The notes under the pieces: generated by a model | What the model was told of the DNA's origin: nothing | Databases searched by the model: none | The model's input: only the letters and a program-made list of their open reading frames with translations | In this document: positions 1 through 14,001 of the stretch, piece by piece | Position numbering within the stretch: position 1 is the stretch's first letter | Layout of the letters: each line of letters begins with the position of its first letter | Position numbers and translations under genes: made by a program | Assembly: GCA_965644295.1 (NCBI GenBank) | Contig: CBFFRP010000023.1 | Location: 25,064-89,063, forward strand | Direction of reading: 5' to 3' | Length of the DNA: 64,000 bases | Source of the DNA: Paraphysomonas bandaiensis | Lineage: Eukaryota; Protista; Chrysophyceae

Positions 1-34
1 AATACCTTATATTAGTGAATTTCACATATCATAG

Positions 35-1114
35 GAAGCACGCCTGCCTCCAATGCTAGATGATACTATTGACTTTTTGAGTACGTGGTGTCAGCAACAG
101 TCTTTTACCTTTGAGGTGAGTATGTATTATTTTTAGTGTCAGTTGTACTCAGTGAAACATTGCAAGATTATTGTTGTTGATGATGGAAGTTCTGATGACA
201 CCGCTGGGGTGGTGAAGAGTTATATTATGAAGCACGATTTTGTGAAGCTTCTGAAATTAGGTCGCAACAGAGGCAAAGGTGGGGCTATAAAGCTGGGGGT
301 ACAAAGAGCATGTGGTCGGTATATATTAATGGTGAGCCTTATCTCTGGAAGAAACGGTATTCCTAATTTTTGTTCGAATATATGATAGGCGGATGCCGAC
401 GGAGCGACTGATATTCGCGACCTGCAATCCCTCTACAAGAGTCTGAAAGAATGTGAACGAAATGGGGACCTTAAACTCAGTGGCGTACCGGAGGACGGGG
501 TTGTGGGGATGGCCGTGGGTAGTAGGTGAGTTATTATCTCCAATTATTGTTCAGTACATGAGTGTACTATTCACCCATTCGCCACCAATGCATCGCGTTT
601 ATTTTATACATGTGTTCTAGGGCACATATGGAGGGCAAATCCATTGCTACTCGCGCACTGCACCGTACCATACTGATGTACGGGTTCCACCTGCTGGTGA
701 CTATTCTTTGCACCCGGAATGTGAAAGACACTCAGTGCGGCTTTAAGCTCTTCACCCGCAGAACGGCTAGAATTCTGTTTGGCGTGCTTCACCTGGACAG
801 ATGGTCCTTCGACACAGAGCTCGTGTTCTTAGCCGAAAGTCTCAATATGCCCATTACAGAGGTACGTAGGTTGAATATGCAAGGATTTTCATCACTCATC
901 GCAAATATGACATCAGGTGGCAGTTAACTGGCACGAAGTCGATGGATCGAAGTTAATTCAGACTGGGGCCGATGTGGCCATTACTTCTTTGACAATGGCT
1001 CGGGATATGCTCTGTGTTAGATTATCTTATCTATTTGGTATTTGGAACTACAAGTGTGCTCTGGGAGAGAACATATCAAGACTGTGCAAAAGCCATCCGA
1101 AGAAGAGCGCTTGA
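35..1114 (+). CDS. ALG5: Dolichyl-phosphate beta-glucosyltransferase (GT2), 5'-partial, multi-exon
   Basis: Spliced motifs FE/IIVVDDGSSD, NRGKGGAI, M/ADADGAT, VGS/RAH, KDTQCGFKLFTR, RWSFDTE, EVAVNWHEVDGSKL; GT-AG introns at ~116-166, 332-388, 526-620, 862-916. Confidence 0.9.
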
Positions 1115-1864
1115 TGCTATATGTGTGAATTTTGTAACATTCAACTTGATTCCTTCATATATCTATATGAGTTTGTACGTCATACCAACAATAGGTGTCG
1201 TAGAAAACGTGTGGTTAGCTTCTTATATGGTGGCCACTCTAACTGAAGTCTAACATTAACTGCATTTAAGCAAGTATCGTTATGGTCATATCGCTGAGCA
1301 GTATTACTACTGCCTTGGCGCTTTAAGTACACTCACAGCATAAAATATATATCAGCATCATATGATGTTGAATGACTTCATAATTAGCTGATATCATGGA
1401 GTGTCTACATCATGATACGCAACAACCTTTGATAGTATTGCTTGTAAATTATATCAACAACATTACCATGCCCGCAACACCTATAATTGTAATAACCATT
1501 CTATTGTGGGGGGTGCCAAGGTGAGTGTGATTTTGTCATGTGCTTATATGAGAGGTGTGCATGGAGGATAAGCTCTTGACTTAATGATCGCACAGAATTC
1601 ATTGGAATGATGTGCACTGTGCACTCTTCACGCTGGTCTTGTATATGCTGTAAACAAACTAGAAAATAGCGGGTATATAGCAACTTGAAAAGGGCTTTTG
1701 TAATCAAAACCCCCGTTTTCTAAGAAATATCTGTGAACCCGTGTCGCGTACTGTTGTACTGTCACAACTGTACTATCATACTATTGTCCCATTCTCTAGG
1801 TACATTTGAAGGAACAGTGGCTCCAAGCCTGGCATCCACCTCACTCACTCCTCTGCCTCCAGAC

Positions 1865-4800
1865 ATGGGAAAGAAAGCAAAGAAGAAGAACGACTCAAGA
1901 GGGTATGTAACCCACTCTGCTCCTCCTTCCTCTTCATCTGTTGGGATAAACGAGACAGATATATCGACAACAAGCACATGTGAGGCTCCTCATGCATCAC
2001 TCACACACAGTGATGAACATGAAGAGACTAAAGGACAGGAGGATGCAACATCGAATGAATTTAATCGTCGAGTGTTGGCAGAGATGCGTTTTATTAAGGC
2101 GGAAGGAGGGGGGTCGGCCTATAGGGGCCAGCTGTGTGCCCCCTCATCTGCTGGCAGTGACATGAAGTTTATGATGCCCTCCGAGTATATCCTTCAGGAG
2201 TTGCTGGACTATACAAAGGAAGTCGATTCCTGGGATTGTTTTTCTCTCTCTTCAGTTACTTATAATCGTTTTGTGAGGATTCTTCACGCGTTGCTCGCGG
2301 TGGGTATTGATGACGACATCGCATGTAAAGCTGTTATTGCCACAAGTGGTTTTGATGAGCGTGCAGCCATTGAATGGGTAATTGATCAGTATCCCAACCA
2401 ACTGCCTAAGGGGTGGAGAGAGTATGAAGTAGATACCACTGCTGTCGTGGACACTGTACGTCCCGAATCAGTGGTGAAACAGGAGCAGGAGCTCCAAGCC
2501 CAGGCAGATATGAAAAGACGGTATGCGGCACAACAGCAAGCACAGGAGCTGGTACAAGAAATTGAACGACATAATGACTGCAGGCTGATGCCGTCACAGA
2601 CCACTGATGCTGAACTGCATGCCACTCCCACTGACAGGTACATGTACTTACTTGAATATAAGAACAAGCTACATGCTGCTGTCAAAAATTTACAGAGTTC
2701 CAAAGAAAAGAAAGTTGTGAAAGAACGCTTACGAGAAGTTGGGTCTGAAATGGGATCCCTTAGATCGTCGGTCGACTTCAGGCTATTGGAAGAAATGAGC
2801 ACCAAAAGCGTTGATAATGTTAGCGCGGACCCATGCGTTGAGAATCCTAGTGAACACACACAGGAAGATATGATTGAGGAAGAACCAGGTATTATGGGGC
2901 TTTTTGACGAAGACTCGGAGGTAGTTTGCACTGGCAAACAGAAAAGTGCTGTATTTGAATACAAAGCATCCCGCAAGCATTCATCACCTCTGAAAATTCT
3001 ATCGAATATTGTCCCTGAGTCTAGGCGATTTACACCAGTTTCCCAGGGTGCCTCTAAATGGAGAATGCGACTTGAAGCAGGGCCGTTGAACCCTTCCACA
3101 GCTAAACAGTTGTCTGTTGCCCGAGGCACAGTCCTACTGACCGAACCTACCGAATATGCTTTGGACGAGGAGTCTTCAAGACAGTTAGCCGCTCTGCTGA
3201 TGCTACATAAGATCACACCCGTTCTCGAAAGGAGCCGTGTCTTTAAACAACTCGCCCGCGAATTGACTGATGTATGGGAGGCATGGATTACAGATGAAGA
3301 GAATTCTCGAGAGAATGAGATTAGAAAAGCAGCTGAAAAACGTGTGACAGCCATCGAGACAGCTTTAGAGGAGGCAACGGTGACTAAGAAGAAAACAACG
3401 AAAGACGTTTCTTGTCCAGCTACAAGGAATAGTCGTCAAGGTATGAATATCGTTACCGTGTACGAGGAGTTAGAGCGCCGTCGGACGTCAGGGAGGTTGA
3501 AATTGGAGGACTCGAGGAAGGCGCTCCCAGTAACAGCCCAAGCAAAGCAGATTGTAGATCTCATTTCTCACAGCGACGTGTGTGTTGTATGTGGTGAGAC
3601 TGGGTCGGGTAAATCTACGCAAGTACCACAGTTGATCCTCCGAGAGGCCCTCCCTACAGACCATGGAGTAATTAATATCATTGTTACGGAACCCCGTCGA
3701 GTTGCTGCCGTCTCGGTATCTGCCCGTGTTTCTGCTGAGATCGGTGACAATGGACAGTCGGATGCCCTATGTGGATATACCGTGCGTCTCGACTCGAACG
3801 TGGGGCCCAAATGTGCAATAGAGTATGTAACCATTGGAGTTTTGCTGAGACGATTACAGGCCACCAATGGTGCATGTCTAAATACATACTCTCATGTAAT
3901 TGTAGATGGTAAGTGCTTAATATGTATCTTGGCGAGTTTTTCACTGTTGCGTAGAGGTTCACGAACGATCCGTGGACTCTGACCTCCTCCTCCTCCTCCT
4001 CAGAGAGTACATGAAAGATTCGTTGTCTTCGACTGCAACTGCTCGTATTTTCCCACATGTAGTGCTGATGTCTGCAACGGCTGACTCAGAAACGTTGATG
4101 TCCTACTGGAGAGAGGCAAGCAATTCTGTTACTATCACCCACGTACCTGGGAGAACGTTTCCTGTGAGCGCCCACTTTCTGGAGGATGTAGTAGAAGATT
4201 CAGGGTATGGAGACGGGCCAGGGGATGGAAGAGATGCGGGTGAAGCTTGTGAAAGTTTCAATGACGATGAGGATGATGAAAGTTCCCCTTCCTGGGTTGA
4301 CGAATTGCAGTACTCAAGTAGAACTTGTAGAGTTGTCAACAGCAGTGATTTAACCCGCGTCAACTATGATCTTCTTCATCACATCATCAGGTATGAGCTA
4401 CTCAAAGAATCGTCTGATGTGACACATGACCGAGGAGCCGTGCTTGTGTTTCTTCCTGGCATGGAGGAAATACGACGTGTTATTCGCTTAGTGGAAGGGG
4501 ACCCCATTCTTGCCGATATATGCGTTCCGCTTCCAATGCATTCCTCACTGCCCTTCAACGAGCTCCAGAAAGCTTTTAGCCGCGTGAATCCACCGAAACG
4601 AAAACTGATTGTGTCAACTAATATTGCCGAGACCGGGGTTACTATTGAGGATGTGGATCTTGTAATCGATAGCGGTCTTGTCAAATCCATGGAATGGAAC
4701 GAAGTGACGCAAGTTTCTCTTCTACGGATGCATTTGTGTTCTGCTGCGGAAGCTATGCAGCGCAGAGGTAGAGCTGGACGAGTTCGAGCAGGTAAGTGCA

Positions 4801-5984
4801 TCCATATGTTTCCACGAAGGGTGATGGAGGGGAGTGAGGGTGTTCGGGTTCGGAAGCAGATGAAGCGTCGACCAATTCCTGAAATGAAACGAGCACCGCT
4901 GACATATCCTATCCTCACCCTCATCGACCAAAGTTTGCCTGCTACGTTGCTTCTATCCGCCCCAGGGGACACCGTTTCGCAGTCAAAATTGACTCATGCT
5001 ACCCAAACACTGGTTGAGCTTGGAGCTATAAGATACCCTGACACTGAAGAAGCAACCGGTCTCGAGTCCAATTGCGACGCTGGCTTAATTCACCGTCAGT
5101 TGTTTCCAACCCCACTGGGTCAACACCTAGCCGCCTTGCCCTGTGACCCGAAGAGTGGAAAGAGTCTTCTGGCTGCTCGGGTTTTGGGTTGTGCACATGC
5201 AGCGGCAGTATTTATTGCCACACTTGACTCCAAAAGCATATTCTCTCGTAGTGAACGAACGTACGAATTCTTTAGGTCACACTTTGGTAAGCGTGCTCAA
5301 AGTGATGCAGTGGCTGTGGTCAATGTGTATACTGAGTGGATACTGTCTAGTAGAAAGTACGCATGGTGCAGAGAAAATGGAATTTCAATGACGGCAATGA
5401 CTCAAGTTGCAGAAGTGGTGGATGACCTTTTAAGGTCATTGGGTGTGGAAAAGGCAACACGTGATGGGAAACGCTTGCGCGGTGAGTGTACAGCGTGCCG
5501 TTCTGATATTGGCATGCATATATGTGTCACTGGTGGTTCGAAGGAATCCCTTCATGCTGCATTAGCTGTGGGATTGGGAAACAATGTTGCCTATCGCACA
5601 ACTCTTAAGTCAGGTAGGACAGCGTTTCTCTCGAACAGCAAGAGCGACGTATACAGTGAGGTGCACAGTTCATCTATGGTCTCCACTCCGGGAGAGGTAC
5701 TCGTTTATAGCTCCAAGATGGCTAATCTGAGGGGTACCCAACAACTGTTTAATGTGGCCACTATTAATAGGGCGACTATGATGTTATTTTCTCCTTGGAC
5801 AAATCACTATACTGGTGATGGGGTGGTGATTGTTGGCAATGGAATAGGCGTACGGTGCTTCCCTCAAACGTTAGTTGCACTGAGAAAGTTCCGATCAGTG
5901 TGGGAGAAAGCTTTAATAGATGGTGACACGAGCAATCTTCAAGGTTTTGTAGATATCTGCATGAAAGTGATAAAGTCGACTTAA
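1865..5984 (+). CDS. DEAH/RHA RNA helicase, DHX29/DHX57-like, 2 exons
   Basis: GETGSGKST, TEPRRVAA, DEVH restored across the intron at ~3909-3954, MSAT, STNIAETGVTI, QRRGRAGR, HA2-like TPLGQHLAALP; N-terminal UBA-like segment. Confidence 0.88.
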
Positions 5985-6800
5985 TAGCAGTTCTTGTTAC
6001 AGCATATTATATCTGCATACGCATATTTGTGATAAGCTGCTTTGTTAAACAAGTATGTTTACAAATAGATTTGTAGCTGTTGGTACGCAGTACATATACC
6101 CCTCGTTATAGCATGCGGCACCCTTGAAAGTTACGGAAGCTACTTCAACAGATATATCAAGGTGTAGCACACTACTACTTTGCACGCGGCACAGTGCATA
6201 ACTCGTGCCTAAAAATATTAAACCCCACACATTTGCTTTATACTTTATACCATAACAGAACACGAAGCTCAAAATCAAAGCGCAGGTTTAATTATTATTG
6301 AAGTAGTGTAAGAATGGCTACAAAATGGTGATGTGGAATAATATAGAAACCGATAATCACAGATGGCTTCAGCTTTTTATCTTACGGTAATTATCAGGGC
6401 TGCGTAAAAATAAAATGTCAATTTTATTGAAATATTTCTAATATTGAAATTATGAAGCAAATAATAAATTATAGCAATTATAATTGATAACAACCTATTT
6501 CAACTTATTGTCAATCAATTCAAATAATTGAAATATTATTACAGTAGTACCATCAATTTAAATACGTATATCGTATATTAGTTACTAAATATAATTATAA
6601 GCGGTACAAACAACATGTAGCTAGCTTATTGTTCAAAATTACTCCAGGGCTTTTAAAATGTGTTCAAATATGCTCATTTTATGAGAGCAGTAATGGTAAA
6701 TAAACATCTTTCAACATAAAAATAGCTTTAATACAAATACAGTATATAAAAATTGCTGATGATGACTGCAGTCATTGTATGTTGAATTGAAGTATGGGTA

Positions 6801-7253
6801 AACAAAGTCGGACATTCACCTTTTCGTGGTGTTCTGGGGGATAAGAACGGGAGAGATTTCTTCCGGAAACTAACGTGAGCCTCATATTATAAAGTAAGCA
6901 AATATTGTTCTGCTTACTCATTGCCAAATATAAAGGTGTCACTTGTGTAAATGTCTTTGGGCCTTGAAGAATAAACAGATATCCAGGAATGAACCCACCT
7001 CAAGTGAATCCGGGGTATTGGGCTGAAGTGAAGCATCCGAGCTGTTCACCTTAAGGTCTCGAAAATCCTGAAGTCAGTAGATGTCAGGTTTATCAATATT
7101 CTTCTTGCTCACTAAGTTTTCTTTGAGTGATGGAACAAAGTAGTTTACCTTGGCGCTTGCGGTGACGCACAAGCAGCTTTAGTATCGTTAAAAAGTAGGA
7201 TATCACAGTTAAGCACTGACTCTTAAACGCCTATTTCTAATAATAAGACATTC
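6801..7253 (+). repeat. Dispersed ~450-500 bp repeat family (solo-LTR-like), copy 1
   Basis: Shares GAAACTAACGTGAGCC, CTTGCGGTGACGCACAAGCAGCTTT and ACGCCTATT..TAATAATAAGACATTC with copies at ~16030, 16536, 31460, 32660 and 39810. Confidence 0.8.
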
Positions 7254-7655
7254 TCAACTGAATTGAGGTGTCTTTTTTACTGATTCATCAATGGTGTGAA
7301 ACAACAAACTCCATGATATTTACTCTAATATTTAGTATTATGGAGTATATGCCCTAACACTGTCTTTAGTCTTTACTGTAGGACATGGAAGGGATGTGTA
7401 GTGTGATAGCGCATCGCCAATCCACTGAGTGCTATATATTCGGAACCTATACTTGCTTAACATCAGCAGTACACTTTTTAGGAAAGGAATTCTATACACT
7501 TTTAAAAGAAGTTGTGCGAAATATATCTACGGACATACGTCCATACTTCTGCTTGAACATATGTGATTTGATATAGGATATTAATCAAGTTTGGTCAAGT
7601 ATATTCTATAGTAGATATTAATTAATAGCACTAATAGTAATGGATGTAGTTAGTT

Positions 7656-8208
7656 CTAATCGTAGTCTCTCCGCTGCCGTCGAGACTCTTTGATGCTCTT
7701 TCTGTGCATCTTCTCACGTTTTCTAATTTGTTTACCTTTCTCGCCAATGCCCTCCCACATTGAACGCTCTTTAGGCTCTATAAATGCTTCATTCAGCATT
7801 TGTCTAAACTTCTTTATACAATCATTTCTATTTTTTTCTTGAGATCTGTAATGAGAGCATCACACACGTGTAGCTTTATATCTTATTGACCCACCGTTGC
7901 TCCTGGGACGTTACGATGAGCTCTCCATGCTGGTTCATTCGATTGGCCTGCTGTGCTGCTAGACGTCCACGTACCTCCTTTGGAATCCAGTGAGCGGACA
8001 TAACATGCAGACGCATCTCTGCTTTAGTGTTAACTTTATTTACATTCTGCCCGCCCGGACCCGACGACCTCGAGAACCTGAACTCAAGCTCCTTATCAGG
8101 GATAATGAAGTTGGGGGGCAGACCGGAGTGAACGAGTCTCCATCTGAGAGATAAGGTACGGGGGGCTCGAATGATGCGGTAAGAAAGCATGACGAGTGTG
8201 TGGAACAT
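7656..8208 (-). CDS. ICT1: Mitochondrial peptidyl-tRNA hydrolase ICT1/ArfB (mL62-like), 2 exons
   Basis: FSRSSGPGGQNVNKVNTKAE (GGQ); after the intron, RSQEKNRNDCIKK and a basic C-terminal tail ending in TAG at 7656. Confidence 0.88.
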
Positions 8209-8261
8209 ACCAAACCATACCATACAACTCCACCACATACACACACTGTACCACACTGCTG

Positions 8262-8366
8262 TACATACATACATACATACATACGTACATACATACATAC
8301 ATACATACATACATACGTACATACATACATACATACATACATACATCATACTATACATACATACAT
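8262..8366. repeat. (TACA)n microsatellite in a divergent promoter
   Basis: Read directly; lies between the ICT1 start (-) and the 8462 start (+). Confidence 0.97.
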
Positions 8367-8461
8367 AGTGTGGTCTGTAGGTATGATATATGTGTATGTT
8401 ATCCACTTCAGTGTATGTAGCACTGTGTATATTCTTTGTCTAAGTGTATCTACTTAGCGAA

Positions 8462-10172
8462 ATGACACATAAAGATAAATGCAAATTTCTTCTTCTAGCT
8501 GCAAGGAAGCTGAAGGAACACAGCCAAATCTCTTGCGCTCAGTTCGATCTGCTGAAAGAGCTCATATTTGATTTCGATGAGGAGTTATACGCATGCGCGA
8601 GCTTCTCTTCAGTGAAAGGGAGAGTCGACAGATACACGAGGTGCTGTTATATATGGGTGGTGTGCTGTCTGTGTTAATGTGTCGTGTAGGCAGGTGTATG
8701 ATACACTGTTTGATGATTTGACTCTCGAGCGGGCGCATATTATAGCTACCACTTATGCCGATGAGTTGAATGAGGCGGATACTCGTGCACTTGTGTATGG
8801 TGAAGTAGATTTTGATTCATTTGCGGAAGTTCTGCGGTCTGCCACCGATGGAATCGCACGCACCGGAAAGTTTATTGACCTTGGTCATGGAACTGGTCGG
8901 GCCGTCCTGGTGGTAAGTTGACAACTTTCAATTAGCTTGCTCGTGTAATAGTTTTACAGGCGGCTCTTCTATGCGACTTCGAAGAGTACGTCGGTATTGA
9001 AATACTCAAGGGTTTATATGAGGTGGGTCCCAGCCATTTCAGTTGATCATATATAAATCTGCTGTCCTGTACCACAGACGTCGGTTGGCGTGCTTTCAAA
9101 ATACAAGCGGAATATAGAGCCGATGCTGTCCGGAGAGTGTGGAGTGGTAGGGCTTGTGCATGGCTCATTCCTCTCGTCAGAAGAAGACTGGGCGGATGCG
9201 GACCTGGTTTTCGCTAACTCAACTTGCTTTCCTGACGAGCTGATAGAGGACATTGCCACTCGCTGCAGAAAGCTTGCGGTTAAGTCCCGGGTTATCACCT
9301 TCACTACTTCTTTACGTTCCGAATATTTCAAGGTATACTATATATTTATATTACTTGGTTAGACCCTTTTGACCACGGCAATACAGATAATATTTAAGAA
9401 GCGTCTGTTCATGTCATGGGGGCCCGCCACGGTGTTCATTCACGAGCGCATTCCGGATGGGGAAGTGGTACCTGGTGTATACGATCGGTTTTCTCAATCA
9501 TACCGTGCGAGTTCTCTTGTCCCTTATACGCCAGCCTCTCCACGGGAGCAGGCAACTGACACAAGCAGTGTTGGTAGCGGTAGCGCGTTTTCTATGATTC
9601 CTGTTCCCCCTATACACGTCGATGATGAATCTAGGTGCGTCAACCTATATCCATCCTTACACTATTATCACATGTATGCTTGTGTGAGCAGTCTAGCCAC
9701 CACCCCCACTGGTACTGTGGTAACTACCTTAAGCGCCGGTGGTGACTGGGACCCTGACACTCCTACTCTTAAAGCCTGGGCGAAGCAGGAGCTGGATCTG
9801 TGTAGGAGTGAGCTTGATGAAAATAACTCCACCTCCAGCGGCGAGAACGACCACCGGAATATGACAGGCAGTAGCAAGTCGCCTCGGACTAACAGTTTAA
9901 GCTCCCGGAATTCTGGGGAGGATTGTGATGATGGGGATGATGAGGCCGGGGATGATGACGACAATACTGAGGAGGATGGGATGGAGTATATACGTCTAAA
10001 TATGTCACGCTCAGCATTCAGGAACCCCGAGAACGGTATCTACTCGGATGATGACGATGAGCTCGAAGGTGTTGAAGATGACCGAGTTGAGAGGTTCTTT
10101 CATGTTGCCGACGATAGTGAGGAGGACGATGACGATGATGTTGTGGATGACGTGTATGACGACACTAGCTGA
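8462..10172 (+). CDS. DOT1-like class I SAM-dependent methyltransferase with acidic C-terminal tail, multi-exon
   Basis: LVYGEVDFDSF, FIDLGHGTGRAV, VGIEIL, ADLVFANSTCF, MSWG; D/E-rich tail; several GT-AG introns join the ORF fragments. Confidence 0.7.
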
Positions 10173-10877
10173 AGCTAACTGTTAACTGTATTGCGGTAAA
10201 CTAATTACCTAAGGTGAAGCAGGTTAGAATGAGTAATGTAGTTCCGGCTTTAGTAGTTTCATGTTCAATGATTTCTTCTGTATGTATCTGTGAGGATAAT
10301 CATTATTATCAGTATATATAAGAAAGCAGTTATCGTTTTGTTTACTTTGTTAACATTTTCTATTTTCTTCTGTAGCGATTCTAAGGTTACGCACTCCTCT
10401 ACTACATATATTTATTATATGTATGAATCTATTTGCAATTGAAGTTAGTCAAATAGCTAAGGCCCAAGTTCTCAATAGTACTAAAATCTTGAATGTTGCA
10501 AGTGAGGAGGATAGCTTGCTGTCATACGTGTTGAAAATTCAGGTAGACATTAAGAATGTGGAATACGAATACATCAGACGAAGCTGCTACCCAGTACATA
10601 GAAGCTACGAAAACTGTCATGTATTTAATAAATTCATTTATTGTGATATTATCGTACAATGATCAATATTCATATTTTTTCGATTAAGTCAAACTACAAT
10701 CCATATTAAATAGAAAATGTCTATGTATAGCCGATAAGCTGCGTTTGGAAATCTGCATTGATAGACAGAAGAAATTAACTTCTACGAAAGGAAATGAACC
10801 AATATGCTGCACAGAATATTCTCACGAGAATTAAAGTATCTAGCTTGTCAGCATCTTACGACTCTGACCAACATCAG

Positions 10878-11953
10878 CTAAATTATTAGCTGGACGCTAT
10901 CAACACCAACAGCACCAGAGTTTACCTCCGCCTTCTGCATTTTCATATTTTTGATATGTTCACGGAACGACGGACGAACGGCTTTGTTTACAGACTTGAC
11001 TTTGCGTGGAGAAGCTCTTAGAGCACCGCTACTTTGATTCTTTTTAGCTGGGAGATTCGAGAGTCTTGTCTTTTCCACAATACATAACACACCTCCCTGT
11101 TTCTCTTCGGGAACGTGTTCCCGCACTATTTTCTGAAATGCGACCTTTCCCATTATGCGGCAGATAGATATAAGGCTGCGTTTACATGCTTCTCTGCCCT
11201 GCGGTCTAGCAGATCCAAGCCCCCGCTGTAAGAGGCACACTGCTCCTGGAATATCCCACTCCATCGATTGGTCGCGCACCAAGCCCTCAGCCACAAGAAC
11301 ATAGGCGCGATTCGATATTTCCAAATTGCGATGAGTTGTCAGTGGAGAAAGAATGGGTACCAAAATTTGCATGGGGACGTTTTGCACCCCATTCTCGAGA
11401 GCTTCCAATGCAATTGCAGATATGAATTTTGGACCGGAGGTGGATTTTGTCATCAAAATGTGCAATACATTGTTGTAAGCAGTCACATCACTTCCAGCAA
11501 GCCATTCATGAAATATTGGGAGATTAAATATTGATTGTAGACAAAGAATAGCATTTCTACTTATGCTAGATCGTAATGAAGCAACACCTTGCCCTGATTC
11601 TGATATCATAGTGCCCACATTGCCGACTTCAATCACATCGGAATGATGTACACACATCCGTCTAATTAATTCAACTGCAGTATATTTTTCGGCCCAACTT
11701 GATGTCGATGATTTCAGCACTTTAAAAGCAGACCGCAACTGCAATTTAGGTTGACTGAGTGGTTGTAAATTTTCATCTGCAACAACAGACACGTCATATA
11801 TTTCTCCCTCAGGGGCACCATCAAGATGAAGTTCATCTTGTGACAGCTTAATTTTCTTCGTTTCTGTTGTTATGGAGGAAACATCTCCTTCACACACTGC
11901 TCCTTGACTCCGCATTCTTCTTGCTCGACTTCTTGTGAGTGGTGGTGAATACA
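10878..11953 (-). CDS. TOG/CLASP-N HEAT-repeat domain protein
   Basis: SWAEKYTAVELIRR, SLRSSISRNAILCL, PKFISAIA, LGSARPQGREACK resemble TOG HEAT loops; basic tail. Confidence 0.65.
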
Positions 11954-12405
11954 TTCTATATATATGAACTAACAAACTGTGTGTTAACAAGTAACAGCAC
12001 AGGGTATTAATGGTGAAGGTATCAAATATGCTTGGCTTTTAAACTAAGTGTAATTCGTTCATAGAGCAGGTCTTAACTATTACATGTGGTGTGGTCATGT
12101 TGTTAACATTTGCAGGCAGTGTATCCACACACATCTAGAGCCATTTCCAACGGTCATTTCCGGTATTAGAGGCATATACAGCCGTATAGAAGGTATTGCT
12201 ACGTCCAATACGTCTACACTGTGTCAAGTTTTCACAAAAGCCCCACTTTTCGTATCTCCAGAAAGTATAAACTGGAAAAGTAGTCCTCAAAATGGCTACT
12301 TTTCCTGATCTAGAAACTCATATGGTTACATACACACTCATGTCGTAGTTTTCCTTTAAAGTAAAGTGGTTAGTATTTGTCTCCACAATTTCCTTCTAAA
12401 ACAAC

Positions 12406-13059
12406 ATGAGTAAACAAAAATTGAACGAGCTTTTTTCTCAGAGAGAAGCCCTTGAAATCGAGGCGGATGCAATTGCCAGTCAGTTGAATTCAGTGGGTCC
12501 CAATGGAGCGCCCCCACCAGGAGTGAAAGGCTCTCTATGTGATAGTGAGGGGTTCCCGCGAGCAGACATCGATTTATATGAGGTCAGACGAAAGAGGAAT
12601 CGTCTAGCAGTAATAAACACGGATTATAATTTATTAATGAAGGAGATTGGAAATGAATTGGCGGCAATTCATTCCGGAATTACCGACGATGATGACGCCA
12701 ACGAAACCCCAGAGATACGTCCTGCAGAAGTATCTGAGCCAGCCTTAGAGGGAGTTAGTGATAGAAAACGAGATGCGGACTCTGTCATACTGATTCCTAT
12801 TGCAGTCATAGATGAAATATTACCGGAGTCCCCAGCGCACAGTGCAGGTTTGGTGGATGGCGATCTTCTGTTGGCGTTTGGGACAATCGACCACAGGACC
12901 CAGTCTCCTATGAATGCCATTCCACGAGTGGTAATGGATAACAAGGATAAGAGTATTGATATAGTGGTTCGCCGAAACAACACAGAAATTTCTTTAACGC
13001 TGGTTCCGACAACTTGGGCTGGAAGAGGATTATTAGGTTGCCACCTCTCACCAGTGTAG
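12406..13059 (+). CDS. PSMD9: 26S proteasome assembly chaperone p27/Nas2 (Nas2_N + PDZ)
   Basis: LCDSEGFPRADIDLYEVR; SPAHSAGLVDGD; C-terminal WAGRGLLGCHL. Confidence 0.95.
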   Translation: MSKQKLNELFSQREALEIEADAIASQLNSVGPNGAPPPGVKGSLCDSEGFPRADIDLYEVRRKRNRLAVINTDYNLLMKEIGNELAAIHSGITDDDDANETPEIRPAEVSEPALEGVSDRKRDADSVILIPIAVIDEILPESPAHSAGLVDGDLLLAFGTIDHRTQSPMNAIPRVVMDNKDKSIDIVVRRNNTEISLTLVPTTWAGRGLLGCHLSPV

Positions 13060-14001
13060 CTTCACAATAATTTTGGATAATATTATAATATCGCGTTTTA
13101 TTTAAGTTCTAATGTCAGTACGTCGATATGTAGTGTGGTATTTAGACGCTCTCTCTAAACATAAGAAATTACTTGGGATGTGTCATTGCAAAATTACTCA
13201 ACCTTATATATGTTCTTTACTACTGGGTTTCAAACGAACTTCTATACTATCTATATTATTGAAAAAATTTCGAAGTATTTTGTATGAACTGGTATGAACA
13301 AAATAGAATAGAATTTGAAATGACGAAAGAAATTGCGACATTAACACATTTACTGCCTTCATTGTTGTAATTAAATAATATAGGACTGATATATCTTGTG
13401 AAGCGTGAACAGGGGTTTGCGGTACAAGTCACTTATATCGACAAGCAATTTTATGGATACGTTAAGCTGATATGAATGTTTGATAAAAATTTCATAATAT
13501 GACTATCATAATATTGATTGCACTATATTGTGAGCTACTTTAACAGAAGCACAGAAACAATATTGATGGATGAAATTATCGGTAGAATTTGCACATCCAC
13601 CTACCACCCCTAGTAATCGAGCTGCAATAGCTGTGCGACAGATCGTTGAAGTACCAGGTGTAATAGATTGTGGAGCTTTAATATGTGTTAAGGTTGGTGT
13701 CGTAAAATTTTGTTTCGTACAGGCTAGGTGTCGTCTTTGAAATACCCCTTAGCGATTTCGTATTCTAATTAAAAAGTATTAGCTGTCAGGATTGGAACCT
13801 AACCTCTACATTAAACACGAATTTTATCAACGTATGACTATTACTCGTATCATAATCATATGATGGCACAACGGCTATATCAAAGTTGTACAAAAGTGCA
13901 AGTTTAGTTAGTTCACTTGAGGGTTTGAAAGGTATCGCATGATGAATGTAACCTAAACAAGATCGGTAACAATTCGGAAACATAATCCATATATATTCTC
14001 A

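Noticed and set aside
2386-3354. 322-aa antisense ORF, and similar antisense ORFs over katanin, mastigoneme, CLC and 14-3-3
   Set aside because: Shadow ORFs of well-supported sense genes, with no recognisable motifs.
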